Origin: an uncultured archaeon
GTDB lineage: Archaea; Aenigmatarchaeota; Aenigmatarchaeia; GW2011-AR5
Assembly: GCA_964456345.1 (NCBI GenBank)
Contig: CAYVZO010000002.1
Coordinates: forward strand, 1-32,074
Direction: 5' to 3'
Length of the DNA: 32,074 nucleotides
A program made the position numbers and the translations under genes. Position 1 is the first letter of the stretch; each line of letters opens with the position of its first letter. The notes under the pieces are model-generated. The model had not been told where the DNA came from and made no database searches. It worked only from the letters and a program-made list of their open reading frames with translations. Below, in pieces: positions 8,264 to 16,292 of the stretch.

Positions 8264-9382
8264 AAGGAAAAGGAATACCAGGGAGGTTACCACGAACATC
8301 ATAGGCAGGGAAACGCCGAACAGGATTATTGCAGCTACAAGGAGTGCCTTGGCAGAGCATAATACGACATCCCTGAAAACCATGAATTCCAGCGTATTCT
8401 CGCCTCTTGCAGCGCTGCATGCTGACGCGAACAGCGGGACAGATATCAGCATAATAACCACTCCTCCGAGGAAGCTCAGAACGACTATATCGAATTCATT
8501 TGACGCGTATGCCATAAGGACCAGTATGGAAGCAATCAGGACACCTCCCCTTCTTATGAGGTTCTTTTTGTCAAGCCTGTCACAGAGCTTTCCGATAGAT
8601 ATCGTGATCAGTGCTATTCCGAGCAGCCCGATGCTTCTCGATATACCCACTATCATGGTCTCGCCTATCAGGAGGAAAATGAAAAGAGGCCATAAGATGT
8701 AGAGAATAATATCTGCCCAGCCCCTTATAGAAAAATTGAACAGGTAGAACTTGTTCTTTACAGAGAATATCTCCCTCCAGGAATAGTTTATCGTATCCTT
8801 TCTGTCTGGTGTCTGGAAAAGCGGAAATATGGAGACCAGTATGACCAGCGACGCTATTACGAAGAGTATCTCGAAACTGAACAGCAACAGTATAAAAGCT
8901 CCCAATAGCGGGGCGAAGGCGATGAAGAACGAAGGCAGCGCGTTTATGAGCGCGGTTTCTTTTCCTGCCTCCTTCTCGTCAAAGTTATCTGCGAAATCCG
9001 TATTAAACGCGATCCAGTACAGACCCTGGCCGATTCCAAAAACAGCAGCAACGAAATAAAACGGGACTCCGAACTCTATCGAATTCAACAAGAGGAAAAA
9101 TAGTATCAAGATAGGCGATGCCAGGGAAATCGTATGCTTTAACCCCACCTTTGAAATCAGGAAAGCAGCAAAAGGCGAGGCAGCTCCTTGGGCAAGGAAC
9201 ATGACGAATATGTAGAACAGTGCGTCGTTGAGCGAGAAGCCTATATCAAGAAGGTAGATTGGAACGAAGACAGAAATCATTGCAATGCCAAACGTGTTAA
9301 TGACTTCGTTGAGGTATATCTCTTCCAGCTCTTTCTTCGTGGTAAACAGCCTGTGAAACAGTACAGAAAAATGGCCAGACAT
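8252..9382 (-). CDS. Multi-pass membrane transporter, MFS-like
   Basis: 376 aa, very hydrophobic with about 10-12 predicted helices by eye. Its stop overlaps the convergent MiaB-like gene by 12 nt. Confidence 0.65.
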   Translation of the reverse strand: MSGHFSVLFHRLFTTKKELEEIYLNEVINTFGIAMISVFVPIYLLDIGFSLNDALFYIFVMFLAQGAASPFAAFLISKVGLKHTISLASPILILFFLLLNSIEFGVPFYFVAAVFGIGQGLYWIAFNTDFADNFDEKEAGKETALINALPSFFIAFAPLLGAFILLLFSFEILFVIASLVILVSIFPLFQTPDRKDTINYSWREIFSVKNKFYLFNFSIRGWADIILYILWPLFIFLLIGETMIVGISRSIGLLGIALITISIGKLCDRLDKKNLIRRGGVLIASILVLMAYASNEFDIVVLSFLGGVVIMLISVPLFASACSAARGENTLEFMVFRDVVLCSAKALLVAAIILFGVSLPMMFVVTSLVFLFLLFF

Positions 9383-9390
9383 ATTATCGC

Positions 9391-9771
9391 CTAAAACGGC
9401 ATTACGCTGAGCATAATGCCTATCAAATAAGGTGATACGTAGAGGCTCATGACGAAATAGACTGCGAAAGCTACGAGCAATACCTTAAGCTTCGTCTTTG
9501 TATCCGCTTCCAGCAGCAGCTCTCCGAAAGCTATCCATATTATGAGGGGCAGAAGCAGCTCTGAATAGATTCCTGTCATGCCTATGTAGGGCGCTATTAT
9601 GGGTGCGAAGAAGAACGAAAGCAAAGCCAGGACAAAGGTCTTTTTTCCCTCTATATTATGCGCGATGAAGTTATCAGACAGTATGACAGCGATAAAGGCT
9701 ATGAGCGTGTTTATGAAATAAACTACAAGGACTGAGAACGTAAAAGGCAGGTAGATTCCAAATAACTCCAT
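9391..9771 (-). CDS. Small hydrophobic membrane protein (about 4 TM), unknown function
   Basis: 126-aa ORF, co-directional and 8 nt upstream of the MFS-like gene. No recognisable motif. Confidence 0.5.
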   Translation of the reverse strand: MELFGIYLPFTFSVLVVYFINTLIAFIAVILSDNFIAHNIEGKKTFVLALLSFFFAPIIAPYIGMTGIYSELLLPLIIWIAFGELLLEADTKTKLKVLLVAFAVYFVMSLYVSPYLIGIMLSVMPF

Positions 9772-9791
9772 AGTATTTACTTGATTTCTTG

Positions 9792-11561
9792 CTATTTAAA
9801 TTTTCTAACCAACTTGAAAACAGTCTTTCCGTCAGCACGCCCTCTGATGCGGTCCATAGCTATTCCCATAAGTGCTGACTCGTTTTTTTCCGGGTTCTGT
9901 TTTACGATGTCAGAGACTATGGATTCGATCTCCTTCTCGCTGAGCAGCCTAAATTTGTTCTCGACATCCTTTATCGTCTTTCCTTGCGCGAGCATCGCCA
10001 ACGAATCAGACACTGCCTTGTTTGGGATTTTCTTTTTCTTGACCAGAGAAAGTATGTCTTTCAGGTCTTCTTTATTCGGCTCTTGCAGAACACCCTCTCT
10101 CCTCAGGTCCTTGGTAACGGAAAGTAGCACGTCAGCGATGAGAACAGGCATGTCGAATTCCCTGTTGAGCTCCTCGAACAGCTCGTAGTAGCGTGATCTT
10201 ATAAGCTGGCCTGAAAGCTCCTTTGGAAGTAACTTATCCAGCTCTTTCTCCCTTTCCAGCAGCGTCTTGGGCGGTTTAATGCCTTTTGCATCTATCTTTA
10301 CAGGAGGTATATCCGTCTCAGGGTACATCCTCTCGCTGCCGGGCAGAGGCCTTGTGTACTTAGACCCGATGCCGTCGCTTACGCGGGTTTCTTCAGGCAC
10401 GCCTTTTAAGCAGTAACTTGCTCTTGAAACAACTGCGTCCACTGCTTTTTCCGGGCTCTTGCCGGCGATTATCAATACAAGGTCCTGTTCTTTGGCGCCC
10501 ATTCTTTTTCTAAGGTTTTCGAATTCTTTATCCAGGTCATATTTTCCAAGTTCCTCGTCGCTATGTATTATCCCGAATCCATAGGCTTCTGCGTAAGATG
10601 ATAGTTCACGACCGAAAGTCCTGTCTCCTACCTCTTTCTTCAGCAGACCGGAGAAGCCAGGCAGGAGTATGGCAATGACATCTCCCTTTTCTTCAAGAAT
10701 CTTCTTTATGAACCTGCAGTTCGTATGAGCAAATACGCTGGTTGCTTTTTTCGTCTCAGGATTCCTGGAGCCTCTTTTCTTCAGTTCGTCCCTTATCTCC
10801 AGCAGGGCTTTCTGCCTTTCAACCTCGTTCCTGACCAGTTTTGGTATTTTCTCGAGTTCCTGGAAGCCCTTTATCTCCACGCGTGCGCCGTTTCGTATCG
10901 AAACATTAACGTCCTGGCGTATCGAACCGATGCCGCGAACAACGGGCACGCTCCTGAGCATGAATCCTATCTTCTCCGCAGCCTCCTTGACCTGCTCAGG
11001 TGTCTTCAGGCTGGCGTCTGTAGCTATCTCTGCCAAGGGTATGCCGAGCCTGTCCAGCCTGTAGACAACAGCGCCTTTCTCCTTGCTAACAGCTGGTGCA
11101 GAATCCTCTTCCAGGCACACTGTCTGAATTCCTACTTTGCCGAAGCTCGTATCAATATGACCGTCGTACCCGATTAGGGCGGTCCTCTGGAAGCCTGAAA
11201 CAGAAGAGCCGTCTAAGACCGTCTTTCTCATCACATGGACTTCGTCTACGAGCCTACATCTCAGCATCTTGCATATCTGTACGCTTATGCGAAGAGCCTC
11301 CTTGTTCATAGGCTTAGGGGGTTCTTCATCCAGCTCTACCATACAGGAGGATTCAGGATTTATTTTGTATATGAATTTCCTGCCTCTCAAGAATTCGTAA
11401 AGAGCAGCGGGGTCGAACCCTCCCAGCTCGCCTGCCACAGCTCTCAGCTTTCGCTGGACCTCTAAAGGGAAGCTCTCACTCTTCGTTATCGGGCAATCAC
11501 AGAACAGCTTGTGCTTTGCATCCAGCTGCTGATGTATCTCGATGCCGCACTTAATATCCAT
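9792..11561 (-). CDS. gatE: Glutamyl-tRNA(Gln) amidotransferase subunit E
   Basis: 589 aa. N-terminus MDIKCGIEIHQQLD..KLFCDCP is diagnostic of the GatB/GatE family, and the AspRS-like insertion and length fit the archaeal GatE. Confidence 0.95.
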   Translation of the reverse strand: MDIKCGIEIHQQLDAKHKLFCDCPITKSESFPLEVQRKLRAVAGELGGFDPAALYEFLRGRKFIYKINPESSCMVELDEEPPKPMNKEALRISVQICKMLRCRLVDEVHVMRKTVLDGSSVSGFQRTALIGYDGHIDTSFGKVGIQTVCLEEDSAPAVSKEKGAVVYRLDRLGIPLAEIATDASLKTPEQVKEAAEKIGFMLRSVPVVRGIGSIRQDVNVSIRNGARVEIKGFQELEKIPKLVRNEVERQKALLEIRDELKKRGSRNPETKKATSVFAHTNCRFIKKILEEKGDVIAILLPGFSGLLKKEVGDRTFGRELSSYAEAYGFGIIHSDEELGKYDLDKEFENLRKRMGAKEQDLVLIIAGKSPEKAVDAVVSRASYCLKGVPEETRVSDGIGSKYTRPLPGSERMYPETDIPPVKIDAKGIKPPKTLLEREKELDKLLPKELSGQLIRSRYYELFEELNREFDMPVLIADVLLSVTKDLRREGVLQEPNKEDLKDILSLVKKKKIPNKAVSDSLAMLAQGKTIKDVENKFRLLSEKEIESIVSDIVKQNPEKNESALMGIAMDRIRGRADGKTVFKLVRKFK

Positions 11562-11609
11562 ATAATTTAATATGAAAACTTTATATTAAATCCTTTTCAA
11601 TAATGGATT

Positions 11610-12173
11610 ATGAACTTTCTTAATCCTGGTGAGAAGATATACGCGTCATTCAAGACTAGCAGGAAATATCCCCATCTGATGAAGCTCTTCCTCATAGGAG
11701 CTGGCATGCTTGCTTTCTCTGCAGCCTTATTCTTCCGGCTATTGGAAATACCTGATATTTTCGGGCTTAGAATAAACGATTCCTTGCTGATGCTGTCGTT
11801 TATTGTAGGTTCTATGCTTGTATTAGGCGGGGAAGTCCGGAGAAAGCATATAGGAACGTATTACATAACAAATTCCCGCATAGTTGTCGATAGAGGTGTT
11901 TTCGGCACGAACATGGACTCCGTGTCGTATCCTACAATAGTCAACATAAAAGTTTCACAATCCTTCTTCGAGAAGTTGTTCGGCCTCGGCAACCTTGACG
12001 TATCAACGTCGAGAGGCCAGCAGGAAATAACAATGAAGGGCATTCCCACTCCAAAGAAAGTGGAAAATACCATATACAGGCTGATGGAAGGGCGGACATC
12101 GCAACAAAGCTATCCGCAGAGAAGCTACAGACAACAAAGAAGCTATAGGCAAGTGCAGAGAAGGAAATATTAG
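11610..12173 (+). CDS. Membrane protein with bacterial-type PH (bPH_2/YdbS-like) domain
   Basis: 187 aa. Two N-terminal TM helices, then YYITNSRIVVDRG...SVSYPTIVNIKVSQSFFEKLFGLGNLDV. The basic tail carries an RSYRQ repeat. Confidence 0.65.
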   Translation: MNFLNPGEKIYASFKTSRKYPHLMKLFLIGAGMLAFSAALFFRLLEIPDIFGLRINDSLLMLSFIVGSMLVLGGEVRRKHIGTYYITNSRIVVDRGVFGTNMDSVSYPTIVNIKVSQSFFEKLFGLGNLDVSTSRGQQEITMKGIPTPKKVENTIYRLMEGRTSQQSYPQRSYRQQRSYRQVQRRKY

Positions 12174-13477
12174 ATAAGGAACGTTTCTATTCTTTTGTTG
12201 ATTTCTCCTGCTATATTTTTTGCCATTAATTCCTTTATTTTCTTCATGTTCCTCGTATGGCCAAGAACCCAGCCAAGCTTTATGTAAGCAACCTCAGGCA
12301 GCATGTCCTCGCCCGGAATGGCGCCTGTCTCGAAGAGTATGCGAAGATTCGTGTAGACGTTCTGGTTCACTCTTCCGTACAACGTCTGCGAGGTTATCAC
12401 GACTGGCAGCCTGTCTGCCAGGTCCTGAACTGCCGGTATCCAGGATTTCTCTGCAGAGGTGGGCACGTGCCCGAGCCCTGTCCCCTCTATAACGATGCCT
12501 TTGTATTTCTTGTCGGCAAAGAACTTTAGATAGTCAGGATCGCTTCCAGGGTATGCTTTCACTAAAGCGACCTTCTCCTCGAACTTTGTGTCAGCCTTCA
12601 CAACGCCGCTGCTTCTTTTCCTGTATTCGTTCGTTATTTCCATCCGACCGTCAGGCCATATCTTTGCAATTGGCTCGTCATTAATCGGACGGAATGCGTC
12701 CCTGCGTGAGGTGTGCATTTTCCTGACTTTCGTGCCGCGATTGAATAAACAATAATCATCGCTTGTATTGGCATGCATGCAGATGCCTACTTCTGCTATA
12801 TCGCTTACTGCAGCATGCGCAGAGCATATTATATTCTGCGCTGCGTCGCCGCTGCCCCTGTCGCTGCTTCTTTGCGCGCCTACGAGAACAACGGGCTTTG
12901 TCAGGTTTTTCAGCATGAATGATAATGCAGCTGAAGTGTAGTGCAGAGTATCCGTGCCGTGGGTTATAATGACTCCCTGGTTGTTTTTATTTAACTCCCT
13001 TGCAGCAGCCTTTGCAAGCGCCTGCCAATCGCCTGGACCCATGTCCTCGCTCATTCTCGTGAACGGCGACACGATGTCAAGATTCACTATATTTGAGAGT
13101 TCAGGTACATTATAAAGCAGCTCTTCAGGCCGCATCAATGAGACAACTCCGCCTGTTTTGTAGTCAACACGAGATGTAATCGTCCCGCCTGTTGTTATCA
13201 AAACGACCTTTGGCTTGTTCTTGTCGAACTTCGGAGGCAGTATCTTTACTTTTCCGATTTCTTTCTTTCCTGCCAGCTTTTTTATTTTCGCGTTTTTGAA
13301 GTCCACGCCAATATTGTATCCGCTGTCCAATTTTATTACAAGAGAGTTCGGATCGCCTGAGGACTTGGGCATCAGAATGCCCTCGAATCTCTCCTGCCCT
13401 TTCTTGACAGATATCCTCTGGCCAATGAGTATATTTTTCTTCTTCAACACGCTTTGTATCCTTTTGCTGTAATCCAT
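12170..13477 (-). CDS. gatD: Glutamyl-tRNA(Gln) amidotransferase subunit D (asparaginase-like)
   Basis: 435 aa. Asparaginase-type motifs TTGGTITSRVDYKTGGV and ITHGTDTL, plus the N-terminal GatD-specific domain. Confidence 0.95.
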   Translation of the reverse strand: MDYSKRIQSVLKKKNILIGQRISVKKGQERFEGILMPKSSGDPNSLVIKLDSGYNIGVDFKNAKIKKLAGKKEIGKVKILPPKFDKNKPKVVLITTGGTITSRVDYKTGGVVSLMRPEELLYNVPELSNIVNLDIVSPFTRMSEDMGPGDWQALAKAAARELNKNNQGVIITHGTDTLHYTSAALSFMLKNLTKPVVLVGAQRSSDRGSGDAAQNIICSAHAAVSDIAEVGICMHANTSDDYCLFNRGTKVRKMHTSRRDAFRPINDEPIAKIWPDGRMEITNEYRKRSSGVVKADTKFEEKVALVKAYPGSDPDYLKFFADKKYKGIVIEGTGLGHVPTSAEKSWIPAVQDLADRLPVVITSQTLYGRVNQNVYTNLRILFETGAIPGEDMLPEVAYIKLGWVLGHTRNMKKIKELMAKNIAGEINKRIETFLI

Positions 13478-13512
13478 AATTATAACTGGTCGCTATAGAA
13501 TATAAATGTGAA

Positions 13513-14685
13513 TCAGCGTTTCCTCAGGAGAACGAAAGCAACGACAACTATCACAACAATAAACATCCCGATAACGGTGCTGCTGGTGACTGATAACCCC
13601 GTAATCGTTATAGTTTCCCTCTCGCCGAAGTCGTACGCAAAGACTTTGCTAAAATAACGTGCTGCATCGCCGCTAACGACAATAGCTGCTTCTCTGTTGT
13701 GCTCTGGCGAGTTCTGGTTCCAGTTTATGGACGAAATCAACGCGATTTTATCGTCTATCACCATGGCTTTTGCGTGGACTTTCTCCACACCTATATCTTC
13801 AAGATCAGCCAACCTTGCCTCCATGCTGAGGTTCTCTTCCCTTGCTATATTGTTCACGTACTCAGCTGTGTAATAGTTGCTGGTTGGGTCGTCTTTATCG
13901 AGATTGTACCAGTAGCTGTCCAACAATATTTTCACGTCCAATCCTTCACGGGCCTTGTTTATGACAGCCTCCAGTAACGGGTTGGTCGTGTAGCTGCCTT
14001 TGCTGCCCCAGTACCTATAGATATAGAAATGCTCTATGCAGATGCTATCTTCGGCAGACAGAATAAGCTTCAGAATATCGTCCGTTGCATTAGGAGCAAA
14101 AAACGCGTATGCGTCCCCATAATAGCTGGATGGCATGAAAACAGGTGCGAAGCTACTCTTTTCGTAATCGATGGAGTAATTAGCAAGGTCGCATGCAAAC
14201 GGCACAGCGTTCTTTAAGTCGCTGTCAAAGACAACTGAGAACTGCTTCGCTATCTCTTCGTCATCGACAACAGCCCCAAAGCCGCGGTTATTGCTTGTGC
14301 CAAAATTCTCCGTGGTGACCAACACTTCTTCGCCTTTTATCACGTATTTCGCATGCATGAAGCGGTGCGGACCGTCGTAGAGCATGACAGTGACGTTGTT
14401 CTTCTGAAGCTCGCATAAAATCCCTTTGTCAGGGATACCACCTACAGGGCCTGAATCAAGCAGAAGGGTTATGTTAGCTCCCTTGCCCTTTTGCTCTATC
14501 AATTCGTCCATTATCCAAGGATTAGAGAACGTGTATGAAGCTATTTTCAGCTCGTCTGCATCTCTCAAAAAACTGCTAAGAACGGAAAAGCTGCTGTCGG
14601 GGTTTGTGAAAGTCGTTATTGATGCGGCATTCACGACACCGGGGCAAAGTACGATCAAAAGCAGGTATTTAACCCACATGTTCAT
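13513..14685 (-). CDS. Secreted, C-terminally anchored phospholipase D-superfamily protein (two HKD-type motifs)
   Basis: 390 aa. N-terminal signal-like helix (MNMWVKYLLLIVLCPGVVNA) and C-terminal TM (VIGMFIVVIVVVAFVLL) followed by RKR. Motifs are HAKYVIKGEEVLVTTENF (the Asp position is Gly) and the canonical HAKAMVIDDKIALISSINWN. Confidence 0.8.
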   Translation of the reverse strand: MNMWVKYLLLIVLCPGVVNAASITTFTNPDSSFSVLSSFLRDADELKIASYTFSNPWIMDELIEQKGKGANITLLLDSGPVGGIPDKGILCELQKNNVTVMLYDGPHRFMHAKYVIKGEEVLVTTENFGTSNNRGFGAVVDDEEIAKQFSVVFDSDLKNAVPFACDLANYSIDYEKSSFAPVFMPSSYYGDAYAFFAPNATDDILKLILSAEDSICIEHFYIYRYWGSKGSYTTNPLLEAVINKAREGLDVKILLDSYWYNLDKDDPTSNYYTAEYVNNIAREENLSMEARLADLEDIGVEKVHAKAMVIDDKIALISSINWNQNSPEHNREAAIVVSGDAARYFSKVFAYDFGERETITITGLSVTSSTVIGMFIVVIVVVAFVLLRKR

Positions 14686-14740
14686 TAATATCGAAAGAGC
14701 CTTTAAAAAAGCGTGAAAAAATAACCTACATTGCAGGATG

Positions 14741-14789
14741 GAAATCTTTAAATATGAATAGTTACTTTAAGGTAGTGAAATAGGTGTGG
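14741..14789 (+). promoter_or_regulatory. Promoter/5'UTR module A: GAAATCTTTAAATAT (BRE/TATA) ... GTAGTGAAATAGGTGTGG (SD GGTG)
   Basis: The 15-nt box is identical to 15545-15559, and the downstream 18-nt box nearly matches 15586-15604. GGTG lies 5 nt upstream of the ATG at 14792. Confidence 0.6.
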
Positions 14790-14791
14790 AT

Positions 14792-14860
14792 ATGGGCTAT
14801 TCTGAAAAGGCTGCTGAGAGCAATATGCCAAAAATCTTTTCAAGAAGGTGTGATTCATGA
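14792..14860 (+). CDS. 22-aa leader sORF (MGYSEKAAESNMPKIFSRRCDS), stop overlaps the next start (ATGA)
   Basis: Preceded by an SD (GGTG). Its TGA at 14858-14860 overlaps the ATG at 14857 of the 214-aa ORF. Below the ORF-track length cutoff. Translation not proven. Confidence 0.35.
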   Translation: MGYSEKAAESNMPKIFSRRCDS

Positions 14861-15501
14861 GTTTTTTGTCAAGCCTATTCGGTCCTCCGAACGTGCCTGT
14901 TAAGACTCGCTCTAAAAAACCAGGACAGCGAAAAAAGCCTAGAGTGGTCCGCAGAGTCGTACACGGTCAGGAGTATCCTTTCTACAGGACCAAAAACCTT
15001 GGAAAGGCGTTGGAGCGCTCAGGCATACATCATATCCTGACAGGAATAAGGAACAGTGAATGGGAGAGGTTTAAGGACAACGGCCACAAGATGAGATGGC
15101 ATCCTCACATCATAAACAGCTACAAAATCAATTACGATAATACGCCTGTTCTTTACGTGCCTGGCCAGCGCGGCTATAAACAGCCGAAAGTGCCTGCAGG
15201 CAGAAACAGCTTCCAGCCGTTGGGGAACCTTGTCCATTACGAGTTGAGGCTTCCCAGAGGCGAATTCAGCGTAGCCGGCTTCTTTCCACGGGAGTACCTT
15301 TATCTCGACATCGCACTGGTTCCTGGAAACGAAGAAACAAGGAAAAGGTCAGAAAGGTACGTGTCGTTCAACGTCATTGGCTACAGAGAAAACAACGTGA
15401 CAGGCAACATTGACGCTGCTTATTCTAAGCTTACGCGCGGAATCGAGAAGTCGACGTTAAATAAATACGTAAAAGAGGCGCTCAACTCCATAAGCGCCTA
15501 G
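14857..15501 (+). CDS. Orphan basic protein, 214 aa, N-terminal LFG motif
   Basis: SD GGTG lies 7 nt upstream. N-terminus is MSFLSSLFGPPNVPVKTRSKKPGQRKKPRVVRR. I recognise no family. Confidence 0.6.
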   Translation: MSFLSSLFGPPNVPVKTRSKKPGQRKKPRVVRRVVHGQEYPFYRTKNLGKALERSGIHHILTGIRNSEWERFKDNGHKMRWHPHIINSYKINYDNTPVLYVPGQRGYKQPKVPAGRNSFQPLGNLVHYELRLPRGEFSVAGFFPREYLYLDIALVPGNEETRKRSERYVSFNVIGYRENNVTGNIDAAYSKLTRGIEKSTLNKYVKEALNSISA

Positions 15502-15544
15502 AAAAGGGGTTTAAATACGCCTAAATTAACTACTCTATAGTAAC

Positions 15545-15604
15545 GAAATCTTTAAATATAGTCGGCAGTGCATTACTACCTAGTTGTAGTGAATATAGGT
15601 GTGG
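15545..15604 (+). promoter_or_regulatory. Promoter/5'UTR module B: GAAATCTTTAAATAT ... GTAGTGAATATAGGTGTGG
   Basis: Duplicate of module A with a spacer 10 nt longer. GGTG lies 8 nt upstream of the ATG at 15610. Confidence 0.6.
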
Positions 15605-15609
15605 GTTGT

Positions 15610-15741
15610 ATGAAAAAGAAATATCCAAAAAATGGAATCGGTAAGAGAATCCATTATTGCGGCAGCGGATTCAAAGGCGAGGTTATAAAGGCTCGCGGCA
15701 TAACTTTCTGCACGTTTTGCGGCCACGAGTTCAGGGAGTGA
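15610..15741 (+). CDS. 43-aa zinc-ribbon-like sORF (MKKKYPKNGIGKRIHYCGSGFKGEVIKARGITFCTFCGHEFRE)
   Basis: SD-led. HxC ... CxxC spacing is compatible with a small Zn knuckle pair. The stop directly abuts the next ORF. Below the ORF-track cutoff. Confidence 0.45.
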   Translation: MKKKYPKNGIGKRIHYCGSGFKGEVIKARGITFCTFCGHEFRE

Positions 15742-15747
15742 TTGAAA

Positions 15748-16287
15748 ATGCTCTGTGTAAGAGAAGGTCCGATTTACGAGAGAATGAAAGACCTCAATCT
15801 GTCAGACCTGATAATAGAACTCTTTGGCAATATTGATTCTAGAGGAAGCTCGGCAAAGCCGAACTTCCGCACTTCAACAGACTACAGAGGAGGCTCAACA
15901 GGACATGGTATAGAGTATACAATGCCTTATGACTTTGATATAGGAAGCTACGACCCTCGGACTGGAGAGATACAGGTAAGCAAGTATTTTCCTAATGGCA
16001 GGCCTATTTCTGAAAGGGCTCAGAGATACATATTCGCGCATGAAGACGGCCATAGACGGGGTTATGATGAGATTGACACAGCGCTGTTTGCAGAAAGTGC
16101 AGCTGACCCTGATTTATGGCTCATGGTAATGGGTTACAGGGCAGCTTTTGCCAAGCAAGGCAGGAACTGCAGGGACGCTGAAGTATACAGGGGCATTACA
16201 GAAAGGTACGGAAGAAGCGAAATAGCCCCTCTGCTCAGGGCGATAGACAAGATTGGCGATGAAATAATAGCAGAGGGTAAGAGGTGA
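15748..16287 (+). CDS. Orphan protein with HExxH motif (FAHEDGH), putative small metallopeptidase; N-terminal LFG motif
   Basis: 179 aa from the ATG at 15748 (the ORF track uses the TTG at 15742). Contains ELFGNIDSRG near the N-terminus and RAQRYIFAHEDGHRRGYDEID. GGAG lies upstream. Confidence 0.6.
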   Translation: MLCVREGPIYERMKDLNLSDLIIELFGNIDSRGSSAKPNFRTSTDYRGGSTGHGIEYTMPYDFDIGSYDPRTGEIQVSKYFPNGRPISERAQRYIFAHEDGHRRGYDEIDTALFAESAADPDLWLMVMGYRAAFAKQGRNCRDAEVYRGITERYGRSEIAPLLRAIDKIGDEIIAEGKR

Positions 16288-16292
16288 TTTGG

